The notes under the pieces: model-generated | Told to the model about the DNA's origin: nothing | The model's database searches: none | The model's input: only the letters and a program-made list of their open reading frames with translations | Shown here: positions 47,310 through 55,549 of the stretch, in pieces | Layout: each line of letters begins with the position of its first letter | How positions within the stretch are numbered: position 1 is the first letter of the stretch | IMG/VR virus record: IMGVR_UViG_3300048694_000663 | Coordinates: 6,222 to 70,221 of that record | DNA length: 64,000 bases | Origin: a virus | Direction: 5' to 3' (one strand) | Made by a program: the position numbers and the translations under genes

Positions 47310-48905
47310 CTAACGTTGGAAAAATAAATTGTGGCTTACTTCCACCTCAGGCATAGTGACATCAACAGTCATAGAAACGGCAATTGCCAATGAGTCCGCA
47401 TAGTCATCATGGGCGTGGGCTTCATCAGGAGCATGAGCTAAGAAGTTAGGCCCTTGGAACTTAGTCTCTAGGTCAGTCATCTGTTGGTAAAAGCGCTTCC
47501 ATCTATGAAGGCGTCTTGTCTTAGCATGGGCGGGGTACCCGATAAGACGGCGGTCAATAAGTGCTTTTAGATGCTTCCAACGCTTTGATTGCTCAGGTTG
47601 GCTAGAACCTACCGCAACAACATTTGCTTTAGGTAAAAGAATCTTTAGACGTTGAGCAACAGCGTCACCGACACCGTTTGCATCTACACCAACTGCAAGT
47701 ACATCGTAGTTAGATAAAAAGTTAACAATTTGAAAGTACTGGTCTTCCCAGTCATCTCCTTGAATTTCTAGCCAGTCAAGAACTCGGTGGTCAAAATATC
47801 CAAACTCATCTGGCCTATCCCAACCTACCCACACAACAGTAACAACAGTTGAGTCCATCTTTCGGGCTGGGTCAATTCCAACCACAACAGGGGTGCGGTG
47901 CCAAGCTCGCGTTACTTCCGCAGACTTATCGCCAAGCTCTTCCATAACCGTTGAAGTAACGAACATACCTCGCTCGAGCAACCACTTGCAGCAATAAGAC
48001 ATTTGGAACTCATCTGATTCTTCACCAATGCGAAGTTTCTCGCGCTTAATGAACTTCTCATAGTTTTTATTAACTTTTGCTACTTCAGTCCAGTCCCATT
48101 CAAAATGGTTTTTGCGAGCAGCTCTTCCCGTTTGACGGCGCTTATTTAATTGAATAGCTCTATAGAAATTATTTTTATGAGTTGTAGGTGTTCCTGTTTT
48201 AACCATTGTTCCTGCGTAGTACGCAAGCATAGGAGAAATAGATTTAGAGACAACAAAATCGTCAGCTTCTTGACACTCATCAATAATGACAAGGTGAAAA
48301 GACTTAGATTCAATTTTAGCTCTAGGGTTAGCTGTCATCATTGTTGCTATAGAGCCAGATTTCTTTAGCTTTATATTTGTCGGTCCATCAGACTCTTTAC
48401 CAAGGGAGTCGTCAATTTCATCATCTTGTAAAATTTCTAAAGCACGTGGACTTGATAGACGATTGACTGTACGACCAAATACTGTTTGAGCCTGGTCAGA
48501 TACGGGAGCGAACATTCCTACCTTAATGCCGTCTCTAAACTTACCTAGTAAATCTGGAAACATCTTTGCCAGGCGCGGTAGAAGAATCATAAGCGTAGCT
48601 ATTGTGTTAGCAATTGTTTCTGTTTTACCTGACTGACGAGCAGCAAGGGCGGTAACTTCTTCTCCATCTCCAATGATGACAGACTCCATAATTCGCCTAG
48701 CTAAAGGGCGTTGGTATGGGTGGAGGGCATGAGGCTGTCCCTCATGAGGTACAAGTGCATCCATAAACTGGAAGCACTGCTCGATGAGTTTATTGACGAA
48801 CTCTTTAGAAAGTTCGTCCATCTCCTCTTCAGGCTCTTCGTCAATGAGTTCCTCTTCAGGCAACTCCTCGTCAAAGAGCTCTTCTTCTTCAATAAATTCG
48901 TTCAT
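47310..48905 (-). CDS. terL: Terminase large subunit
   Basis: AARQSGKT Walker A, IIDECQ Walker B, GIDPA and DDYADS nuclease motifs; ATG at 48905 preferred. Confidence 0.94.
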   Translation of the reverse strand: MNEFIEEEELFDEELPEEELIDEEPEEEMDELSKEFVNKLIEQCFQFMDALVPHEGQPHALHPYQRPLARRIMESVIIGDGEEVTALAARQSGKTETIANTIATLMILLPRLAKMFPDLLGKFRDGIKVGMFAPVSDQAQTVFGRTVNRLSSPRALEILQDDEIDDSLGKESDGPTNIKLKKSGSIATMMTANPRAKIESKSFHLVIIDECQEADDFVVSKSISPMLAYYAGTMVKTGTPTTHKNNFYRAIQLNKRRQTGRAARKNHFEWDWTEVAKVNKNYEKFIKREKLRIGEESDEFQMSYCCKWLLERGMFVTSTVMEELGDKSAEVTRAWHRTPVVVGIDPARKMDSTVVTVVWVGWDRPDEFGYFDHRVLDWLEIQGDDWEDQYFQIVNFLSNYDVLAVGVDANGVGDAVAQRLKILLPKANVVAVGSSQPEQSKRWKHLKALIDRRLIGYPAHAKTRRLHRWKRFYQQMTDLETKFQGPNFLAHAPDEAHAHDDYADSLAIAVSMTVDVTMPEVEVSHNLFFQR

Positions 48906-48919
48906 ACCTACCCCATTGT

Positions 48920-48995
48920 AAAAAGCCAAAGAGCTCAGGTCTTTGCAAACCTGAGCCCCTCAGATACCACGACACGGAGAAGAGAAACACGCGGT
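48920..48995 (-). ncRNA. Candidate small RNA with CU-rich loop and terminator
   Basis: TACAAT -10 at 49002-49007; hairpin ACCGCG/CGUGGU with loop containing UUUCUCUUCUCC; 14-bp GCAA-tetraloop stem plus U-tract. Confidence 0.5.
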
Positions 48996-49040
48996 GAGAT
49001 AATTGTATAACTATATGTCGACAAAGTGACACACGTCACA

Positions 49041-49292
49041 TCAGCGTGTCGTAGCTCGATAAGCCAATTCTGAATACAGAGCATTGATTGCTTCAACGCC
49101 TTTTGCTAAATCTTCTAAATCTTCAAAAGCTTTGGTTTTATCGTAGGCATAAAGAACTCTGCCTGTCTCACTTAGGGCTTGGTCAAACCAGGTAGTTAGT
49201 TCAGGAGAAGAGAGTCCAGAGACCCTCTTAATCATTTTGTCAGAATAGGCTTTCCCTGATTTTTCTTTCTTCTTCGAAATCCCAAACACCAT
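49041..49292 (-). CDS. Hypothetical helical protein
   Basis: 83-aa ORF overlapping the upstream gene. Confidence 0.6.
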   Translation of the reverse strand: MVFGISKKKEKSGKAYSDKMIKRVSGLSSPELTTWFDQALSETGRVLYAYDKTKAFEDLEDLAKGVEAINALYSELAYRATTR

Positions 49293-49557
49293 CTTTTACG
49301 CCTCCTTTTCTGGAAACGTTCATAGCATCAAGCAACACTTCTGAAACCGCCTCATGGTCCTCTTCATCAATCCGAGGATTGTGGGTCCAGATACCTAACT
49401 TAACTCCATAACGTAGTCCAGGTAATTTAACTATCAAGCAGCGACCTTTGCGATAGGGCGCTTCAATTTCACGAGTTTTACCCGTCTCAAATATAACTCC
49501 AGGCTTTAACAAGTCTTTAGTTGGGTACTTGTGCAGCCCGCTATAAAATAACTTCAT
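49240..49557 (-). CDS. Hypothetical protein
   Basis: 105 aa, ATGA coupling; TREIEAPYRKG motif. Confidence 0.65.
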   Translation of the reverse strand: MKLFYSGLHKYPTKDLLKPGVIFETGKTREIEAPYRKGRCLIVKLPGLRYGVKLGIWTHNPRIDEEDHEAVSEVLLDAMNVSRKGGVKDGVWDFEEERKIRESLF

Positions 49558-50003
49558 GGTGCGTTGAATTGTACTCTATTTTCTCGGGTCATCTCTGATG
49601 GGTCAAAGTCCCCCATGTCGTGCCATTTATTTAAGCCATTTTCATGAAGCCAGCCCCCAGTAGATGGGCTGGTCTTTAGGTCATTCCACATGTTATCGTC
49701 AATGCCGTTGTAGTACCACCAAGTACCATCATAGAACCTAACTACTAACTGCTCTTTGCCTCGACTGTAAGCAATCTTGGTGCAGCGTGGGTTGCGCCTG
49801 TTTCCAGGCGAAAGGGTAGGGGCTTGTTGTAAAACATAAGGGGCTGGAACTTCACGAGGGTCCGTCACCTCATAGTCATTCTCAGTAAGAAACTCTTTTA
49901 TTAGTTGTTCTCTAGGCGAGATTTGATTGCGCTTTTTTGTTTCTTCTAAAAGCTGACTAGCCTCGTCTAGGCGCTCAATATACTTTTTTGTACGTTTTGC
50001 CAT
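49554..50003 (-). CDS. KTSC-domain protein
   Basis: IAYS...QLVVRFYDGTWWYYNGI...WNDLKTSPSTGGW. Confidence 0.75.
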   Translation of the reverse strand: MAKRTKKYIERLDEASQLLEETKKRNQISPREQLIKEFLTENDYEVTDPREVPAPYVLQQAPTLSPGNRRNPRCTKIAYSRGKEQLVVRFYDGTWWYYNGIDDNMWNDLKTSPSTGGWLHENGLNKWHDMGDFDPSEMTRENRVQFNAP

Positions 50004-50380
50004 TATTCCTCACAAACATGTTTAGAAGTTAGGTCTTCTCTAACCCGTTCATAGCAGGTACTGCAGTAGAGGTAGCGCAAAGGTTTAAAGTTATTTTGCG
50101 CGGTTGCTCCCAGTGCATAATCACTGCCATCATCATTTTCCGCAGCTGGATATTCTCGGACTAGCTTAGGCTCAGCCAAGATATGAGCTTGATTTCCATA
50201 CTCAGGTTCATATCCCTGTTGTTCAGGGGGAAAGGGTCCTCTAGGTCTAATAGCATGTTTTGGAAAAGGATGTACTTGGATTGCATCTATTTTTTCAACT
50301 GAAAGTGTATAAACAGGATTATTAAATGCCGACCCCGCTGTTGAGCTGTTGTCGGGAACGTCCCTAAGCCAGTTGCTCAT
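50003..50380 (-). CDS. Hypothetical protein with C-terminal CxxC...HxC zinc finger
   Basis: CSTC...HVC at the C-terminus. Confidence 0.65.
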   Translation of the reverse strand: MSNWLRDVPDNSSTAGSAFNNPVYTLSVEKIDAIQVHPFPKHAIRPRGPFPPEQQGYEPEYGNQAHILAEPKLVREYPAAENDDGSDYALGATAQNNFKPLRYLYCSTCYERVREDLTSKHVCEE

Positions 50381-50531
50381 TGTCTTCTACCAAACTGCGA
50401 AGAGGGTACTTACCAGCCATAGCTAAGCTGTATAACCGTTCTGGTAAATGTGTGCCGCAATAATCAATTGGATTGGCTCCAGGATTGTCTACTGTAAAAA
50501 TGGCTGCCCTCTCGCAGTTGGCGCACTTCAT
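50364..50531 (-). CDS. Small zinc-binding protein
   Basis: MKCANC...YCGTHLP; ATG at 50531 lies 1 nt past the upstream stop. Confidence 0.6.
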   Translation of the reverse strand: MKCANCERAAIFTVDNPGANPIDYCGTHLPERLYSLAMAGKYPLRSLVEDNEQLA

Positions 50532-50532
50532 A

Positions 50533-50724
50533 TTACTTAGATGCTCCGAGTCCAAACGCGCCGTCATTTTTATTGAGAGCGCGAAGTAGAGGACCTGCCA
50601 CAGCAGCTAGTGCTGCGCTTCCTAGTGCTTTAGCATCAGTGTTTCCTGATAAATACATTGCTAGTACAGCTGAGATAACTGTGCGTGCGTAAGATGCTAG
50701 AGCTGCTTGAATTTGTTTATTCAT
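50533..50724 (-). CDS. Holin-like two-TM membrane protein
   Basis: MNKQIQAALASYARTVISAVLAMY...AVAGPLLRALN..D.AFG; AAGGAG SD before ATG 50724. Confidence 0.6.
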   Translation of the reverse strand: MNKQIQAALASYARTVISAVLAMYLSGNTDAKALGSAALAAVAGPLLRALNKNDGAFGLGASK

Positions 50725-50760
50725 ATAAGTCTCCTTCTGTGGGCTATCCACAGAGTAATG

Positions 50761-51075
50761 CTACGCCTGGTGCTCTTCTACGTGTTGCTCGAAACGCCCC
50801 TCTAGGCGGTCAACTTTTTCTTTTATGAGAATTTGATTATCTCTAAGCTCAAGAACTGTCGGAAGAATTTGAAGCTTTACAACATCTAGTAATGAAGACC
50901 CACCATTATGGCGTAGTTCGCTGATTGGGTCATCCATCTCTGCTTTCATCTGTTCTTTATTTGCAACCAACGCGCTCTTTACTGCAGCCTTAAATAAGCG
51001 TGCAACAATACCAGCAAGAACAACAGCGACTCCAGTGTACGCTGCAATAATGGTTGCGATATCTGTTGGAGTCAT
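50761..51075 (-). CDS. Membrane protein with N-terminal TM helix and coiled coil
   Basis: TM helix followed by ELRHNGGSSL.D. Confidence 0.7.
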   Translation of the reverse strand: MTPTDIATIIAAYTGVAVVLAGIVARLFKAAVKSALVANKEQMKAEMDDPISELRHNGGSSLLDVVKLQILPTVLELRDNQILIKEKVDRLEGRFEQHVEEHQA

Positions 51076-51156
51076 GTATTACCCTTTCGGAAATCGCTGT
51101 ATTTGATAATTTTTTCAGAAAAAAGTGTTTTTTATCACCTAAATGTACAACTCCGC

Positions 51157-51187
51157 TTGACATCAAACTGTGTCTCTATGCTACTTT
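51157..51187 (+). promoter_or_regulatory. SigA-like promoter for the SLT-whiB pair
   Basis: TTGACA at 51157 and extended -10 TGcTACTTT; spacer is long at 19 nt. Confidence 0.45.
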
Positions 51188-51242
51188 AGAGTAGTAACAG
51201 CCACCCTACAAGGTGGCTTTTGCATTCTAGAGAGGAGCAGAA

Positions 51243-51788
51243 ATGCTTAATATCAGAATCAATGTAACGATAAACGTTAAGAAAGTCTTAGCGACCATGG
51301 GAGTTTACTTGGTAGCGCTGTCACACCTGATGGCCCCAGCCCATGCTGAAACAGTTCAATTCAAAGCACAGTTTGTTCCAGAGAAATCTGTGACTGTACA
51401 TCTTGCTGCTTTAAATGTAACGACAACACGGACATCTGCTATAAACGCAATTAATAGTGATTATGCCAAATATTTTAATGCGGAAGCTCTTGCCTTCTTG
51501 ACAGTCTATGCCAAGGGGCATACTCTCCGCGAATGGTCATGTCTTCAAAATCTTTGGAACAAAGAAAGCCATTTCAACCCAAAAGCAAAGAATATGCACT
51601 CAGGCGCATATGGAATTGCGCAATTCCTTCCCTCTACATGGGGCAACTACAAAGTAGCAAAGACCCCTGAAGCCAAGCTCCAAATCAAATACGGCCTTCG
51701 ATATATAGAGAAACGGTATGGAGATGCAAAAAACCCAAGTGGAGTCTGTAACGCGTGGAACTTCTGGCAAAAAAATAACTGGTATTGA
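51243..51788 (+). CDS. Secreted lytic transglycosylase (SLT/Rpf-like)
   Basis: Signal peptide ending PAHA; CLQNLWNKESHFNPKAKN..SGAYGIAQ, QIKYGLRYIEKRYG, C.AW.FW..NNWY. Confidence 0.88.
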   Translation: MLNIRINVTINVKKVLATMGVYLVALSHLMAPAHAETVQFKAQFVPEKSVTVHLAALNVTTTRTSAINAINSDYAKYFNAEALAFLTVYAKGHTLREWSCLQNLWNKESHFNPKAKNMHSGAYGIAQFLPSTWGNYKVAKTPEAKLQIKYGLRYIEKRYGDAKNPSGVCNAWNFWQKNNWY

Positions 51789-52011
51789 GTTTGATGGAAC
51801 TCAACCTTGTAGGCAAACTGACCCTGAAATTTTTTTCCCTGAAAAAGGGGGAAATGCTTTTGAGACTAAGGTTGCCGTCAATATCTGTAGAACATGTAGA
51901 TTTATAAACCCTTGTCTTGAGTTTGCTATAGAAACGCATGCTCTTGGCATTTGGGGAGGCACAACAGAACGACAACGAAGAACATTAAGAAAGCAAAAAG
52001 GCCAGCCGTAA
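51718..52011 (+). CDS. whiB: WhiB-family Fe-S transcription factor
   Basis: Four Cys (C...CxxC-x5-C), DPEIFFP and GIWGGTTERQR; start uncertain. Confidence 0.92.
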   Translation: MEMQKTQVESVTRGTSGKKITGIEFDGTQPCRQTDPEIFFPEKGGNAFETKVAVNICRTCRFINPCLEFAIETHALGIWGGTTERQRRTLRKQKGQP

Positions 52012-52025
52012 GGCTGGCCTTTTTG
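51995..52025. terminator. Bidirectional terminator
   Basis: AAAAAGGCCAGCC-GTAA-GGCTGGCCTTTTT between convergent genes. Confidence 0.88.
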
Positions 52026-52037
52026 TTTGTCGGGTAA

Positions 52038-53117
52038 TTAAGCCCAAGGTGTAACTGTGATTGTTGCAGAAAGGGCAACTGAGCCAGTTCCTGCTGCTGT
52101 GCTCTGAGACTTAACTGTTCCAGATGCACCAGTAAGAGCTGTACCAGGTGTGATAGCGCCTGTATCAGCAACTGTCCATCCTGAACCTGCAATAACAAGA
52201 GAAGTTCCGTTACCGCCAGTTACAGTCCAAGTACCAACGAGTGCTGCTGGGATTCCTGTACCTGATGCGATAGTTACCTTGTTACCTACAGCCCATGTTG
52301 ATGTTCCACCGCTGATGTATACGGTAGCTGCAGTTGTTGCAGTTACGTTAATACGTGTAGGTTGTGTAGCTGTGTTAGTTGCTGCTGAAGCTGTTGTGAT
52401 ATTAGCTGCTGCATATCCAGCATCCTTAAGGGCATCCACACCAAGAGCGGTTGTGAGGCCAAGAATGTTTGGAACGTCAATATAAGCAACACCAGCAATG
52501 TATGCGCCGTCAGAGCCTGTAAGAGCTGTTGTAGGCTGTACTTTTCCGTTAGCGCCAGTTACTGAACCAGCAGCTGAGTTAGTGACTGTGAAGCCTAAGC
52601 GGTTTGCTGTAGCAACAGTTGCGCTTGAAAGGTTGAGTGCTGAAACTGAAAGACCTGTGATGTTTACAACATCTCCTGGTTGTAGCCAGTTAAGAGAAGT
52701 GTAGGTGACGGTTGTTCCATCTCCCGAAGCTGCTGTAATCATGTAGTTAGCTGCAGCAGGAGTATATGCTGGGTATCCAGCGTATCCTGTCTCATCAAGT
52801 TCGTGATTAGCGCTTGCAACAGTTACGTTAGATAGCACGCCAGAACCTGAGTAAGCAGATGTACCTGCAAAATCAAGACGTGAGCCCGCTACCTTTGTAG
52901 TAGCTGACCATGCAATATCTGCACCTTCGCCAGGTACTGAGCGCATTTCGTAATTAGCGTTAAGAGTTACTGGGTCACTGCCGTTAGTTCCGCCATAGTT
53001 TCCCGCAGATGTCTCTGTGCGGACGTCATTTGGTTGTAGTGGGAAGTTGCCCCACGCAAAATCGACCGCAGGCTGACCTGCAGAGTCGAGGGAATGGGCG
53101 TTGTTATTTGTCGCCAT
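52038..53117 (-). CDS. Virion protein with PASTA-like domain
   Basis: VPNILGLTT..GVDALKDAGY and GTVKSQS..AG...ITVT; Thr/Ala/Gly-rich beta modules. Confidence 0.65.
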   Translation of the reverse strand: MATNNNAHSLDSAGQPAVDFAWGNFPLQPNDVRTETSAGNYGGTNGSDPVTLNANYEMRSVPGEGADIAWSATTKVAGSRLDFAGTSAYSGSGVLSNVTVASANHELDETGYAGYPAYTPAAANYMITAASGDGTTVTYTSLNWLQPGDVVNITGLSVSALNLSSATVATANRLGFTVTNSAAGSVTGANGKVQPTTALTGSDGAYIAGVAYIDVPNILGLTTALGVDALKDAGYAAANITTASAATNTATQPTRINVTATTAATVYISGGTSTWAVGNKVTIASGTGIPAALVGTWTVTGGNGTSLVIAGSGWTVADTGAITPGTALTGASGTVKSQSTAAGTGSVALSATITVTPWA

Positions 53118-53187
53118 TATTTTCCTATCTCTAGAGATACCCCGTGCACTGGGGTTTCCTCAAGTATCTAGGAGAATCTGGGCTTTG

Positions 53188-53460
53188 TCAGGCTTTACGA
53201 GGCAATCCGTCGTTATGAATAACGCCAGGCTCAGTGATAGAGAAGGAAATTTGGCCCCACTTATGAATAGGGCACTCAGAGTTAACCAATGTTGTTTTTG
53301 CAGGCATAATGCACTTACAAATACCGCACATTTTTGCCACCTTTATATACTCTGGGCAGGCCTCACATAAGGCCATTCGAGCCTCAGCTATGTGAGGGGG
53401 CACAGCCCTTAGTTGGCTATTAAATACATCCCAAGGACGCGCTGGTCTGTCTTTGCTCAC
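53188..53460 (-). CDS. Small Cys-rich protein (DUF6171-like pattern)
   Basis: R...CEACP...CGICKC.M.AKT.L...CPIHKW. Confidence 0.7.
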   Translation of the reverse strand: MSKDRPARPWDVFNSQLRAVPPHIAEARMALCEACPEYIKVAKMCGICKCIMPAKTTLVNSECPIHKWGQISFSITEPGVIHNDGLPRKA

Positions 53461-53756
53461 AACAACTCCTCATTTTGCTTTCTAGCAGCAATAATATCGG
53501 CTTTGGTGCCGTCCCATCTGACTCTACCCTTACATCCAACGTTGTATTTTGTAACGCCATTTTCATCAGAAAGCACATCATAGACATACCCTTGAATCTC
53601 AAATCCACTTGCTAAGTGCGCCACCCCATTGATAAATACCCGCCAAACCAAAGGGCTTCCTGGTTCGGCTTTTGTATTAAATCGTAATTCAATCTCATCG
53701 TATGGTCGAAGCCAGCGGTCTTTTACAATTTTCCAAATAAAAGCTACTTTACTCAT
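53457..53756 (-). CDS. Hypothetical protein
   Basis: LRFNTK...WRVFING; coupled to its neighbours. Confidence 0.65.
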   Translation of the reverse strand: MSKVAFIWKIVKDRWLRPYDEIELRFNTKAEPGSPLVWRVFINGVAHLASGFEIQGYVYDVLSDENGVTKYNVGCKGRVRWDGTKADIIAARKQNEELL

Positions 53757-53946
53757 TTTTGCCCTGTCGGTTATGGGTTCTATTTAATATCCAACTAAGC
53801 ATTTTAGATGCCGTTGTCTGAAAGGTAAATGGCAAAATGGAATGGATAAAGCAAAGAACCGCGGCACATACGAGAGTTGCCGAAATAAGCCATGCCTCTA
53901 ACATATGCTTAAAATAATTTTCTTTTACTAAATGCAAATGTTTCAA
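53749..53946 (-). CDS. Small hydrophobic protein (DUF6356-like pattern)
   Basis: KHL..VKENYFKHM..A...CFIHSILPF.F.TTAS. Confidence 0.65.
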   Translation of the reverse strand: MKHLHLVKENYFKHMLEAWLISATLVCAAVLCFIHSILPFTFQTTASKMLSWILNRTHNRQGKNE

Positions 53947-54698
53947 ATTCCCATTTCCTTACGCTTTTGTGTGGCGCTAATTGCGTGGATATCAGCCCCT
54001 AAGTCTACCTGTTCAATTTTATATCCGACATCTCGCCCGTACACAATATTGGTAATGTTCGGCATTTTTACGACCATAGCGTTTGCCATGTGAGGGTCTA
54101 GACCAATATAGTGCTTTACCTCATCAAACGATAGCGGGTCTTTTGGGCTCGTTCCTTGAGTGTCACGAACTCCTAACATTACTTGCGTAGTCCGCTTCTT
54201 CGCCTCATCATAAAGGGCGTGGTGGCCTTCATGCCATGGTTGGTAGCGTCCAAGCATAAGAGTAGTGGGCGCCTTCCAGTCTGGAAGTCCTAATTCTTCT
54301 AAAGCCGTTTCGACAGATTCCTCAGGAGTAGAGGCTTCGCCAAAAGATAAAAACCAACCCGTAGGAGCCTCCCAAATTTTATCTGTGTCGGGAAAGCGAC
54401 TGCTAGTAATCGTATCCATCCAGATACGCTTGTCGTAGCGTCCAAAGGCATCTCTTGTCGCTTTAGTGGGGGCAATCCAGTCAACCACAACAATATGTCC
54501 CTGCTCGTCTAAAAGGCGAGCTACAGCCCCTAGGCGCCTTGCCTGCTCTACACGGTCTTCTGCTGTAAATCCAAGGTCACTAGATAAATCTGCTCTCACC
54601 TTATCCGCATTAATGTGAATGGCGTTAATACGTGCAGAAAGATTAGTAGCTAGTGTGGTCTTGCCTGAACCTGGCAAACCAATGATTTGAATAATCAT
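53943..54698 (-). CDS. Adenylylsulfate (APS) kinase-like domain fused to an HxGH nucleotidyltransferase domain
   Basis: GLPGSGKTTLA, AD.VR..L..DLGF..EDR..QARR; C-terminal GRYQPWHEGH and ISAT. Confidence 0.82.
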   Translation of the reverse strand: MIIQIIGLPGSGKTTLATNLSARINAIHINADKVRADLSSDLGFTAEDRVEQARRLGAVARLLDEQGHIVVVDWIAPTKATRDAFGRYDKRIWMDTITSSRFPDTDKIWEAPTGWFLSFGEASTPEESVETALEELGLPDWKAPTTLMLGRYQPWHEGHHALYDEAKKRTTQVMLGVRDTQGTSPKDPLSFDEVKHYIGLDPHMANAMVVKMPNITNIVYGRDVGYKIEQVDLGADIHAISATQKRKEMGI

Positions 54699-55549
54699 TT
54701 TCCCCCCCTCCAGAAGAGAGAATCCGTAAAGTAAAGCTCTGAGTCAAGTTTATTGCGTTCATAAAGACTGTCAACTTCTGATTGAGATAGTTGGTCATAA
54801 AGCTTTTTTGACTTATCTGTAACATTATGAAATTTATAGCCGACCATAGGATGCGGTCTCATTGAATCTTTAATGCCAAAACTATCAAATATTTCTTTTC
54901 TAACCCTGAGCATATTGTCGTCGTTTAGTTGAGAGTCGCGTAGTTGTATATCTATGCTTTTAGCTCTATCCCACACCTTTTGATTATCTATTTCCATATT
55001 TAAAAACTCAGGTTCTTTAAAAAAGAAAATATTATTAGGAACCATTAGCCCTGGATATGGCGCACTAAACAGAAGATTTTTAGCCTGATAGTTATCTATG
55101 TAATTAGGGAAGTAGTCTAACCAAGCCATAAGCTCTTTTGCTGTTGGGTTATTTATATCTTCAACTACAACACCCTCTTGTTTGTAGTCCATTTGAAGCA
55201 TAAATACAAAATGGCTTACTGTTCTTTGCGCAGGGTCTCTAAGGGTGTTAAGAATAAAAGTAAACTCATCAATATAAGGTGTCCACCCCAAATGGCCAAC
55301 AACAAATGCGATGTCATTATCTTTAAAAGACTCTTCTAAAGCATAGGTAAGCTCACTGCGAATGTAGTTACCAGCAGTTTTTGGGATGTGTAAGTGATAA
55401 AACTTACTTTTATTGTTTTTAAAGTTGGATGCGTTTGCAGTTCTTTCAAGCCATCGTTGAGAAAGAAAAATATTCTGTTCATTTGGAAAACTTTTCTCAA
55501 TAGTGGAGTATTCAATTTCACGCCCATCTGGGTCTGTCATTGGAGCCAT
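54695..55549 (-). CDS. Sulfotransferase family protein
   Basis: HLHIPKTAG (5'-PSB) and LRDPAQRTVSHF (3'-PB) motifs; N.LD.ELY. Confidence 0.85.
   Translation of the reverse strand: MAPMTDPDGREIEYSTIEKSFPNEQNIFLSQRWLERTANASNFKNNKSKFYHLHIPKTAGNYIRSELTYALEESFKDNDIAFVVGHLGWTPYIDEFTFILNTLRDPAQRTVSHFVFMLQMDYKQEGVVVEDINNPTAKELMAWLDYFPNYIDNYQAKNLLFSAPYPGLMVPNNIFFFKEPEFLNMEIDNQKVWDRAKSIDIQLRDSQLNDDNMLRVRKEIFDSFGIKDSMRPHPMVGYKFHNVTDKSKKLYDQLSQSEVDSLYERNKLDSELYFTDSLFWRGGK

Noticed and set aside
51188-51242. c-di-AMP (ydaO) riboswitch before the Rpf-like gene
   Set aside because: The leader is only about 50 nt and lacks the multi-stem ydaO architecture.
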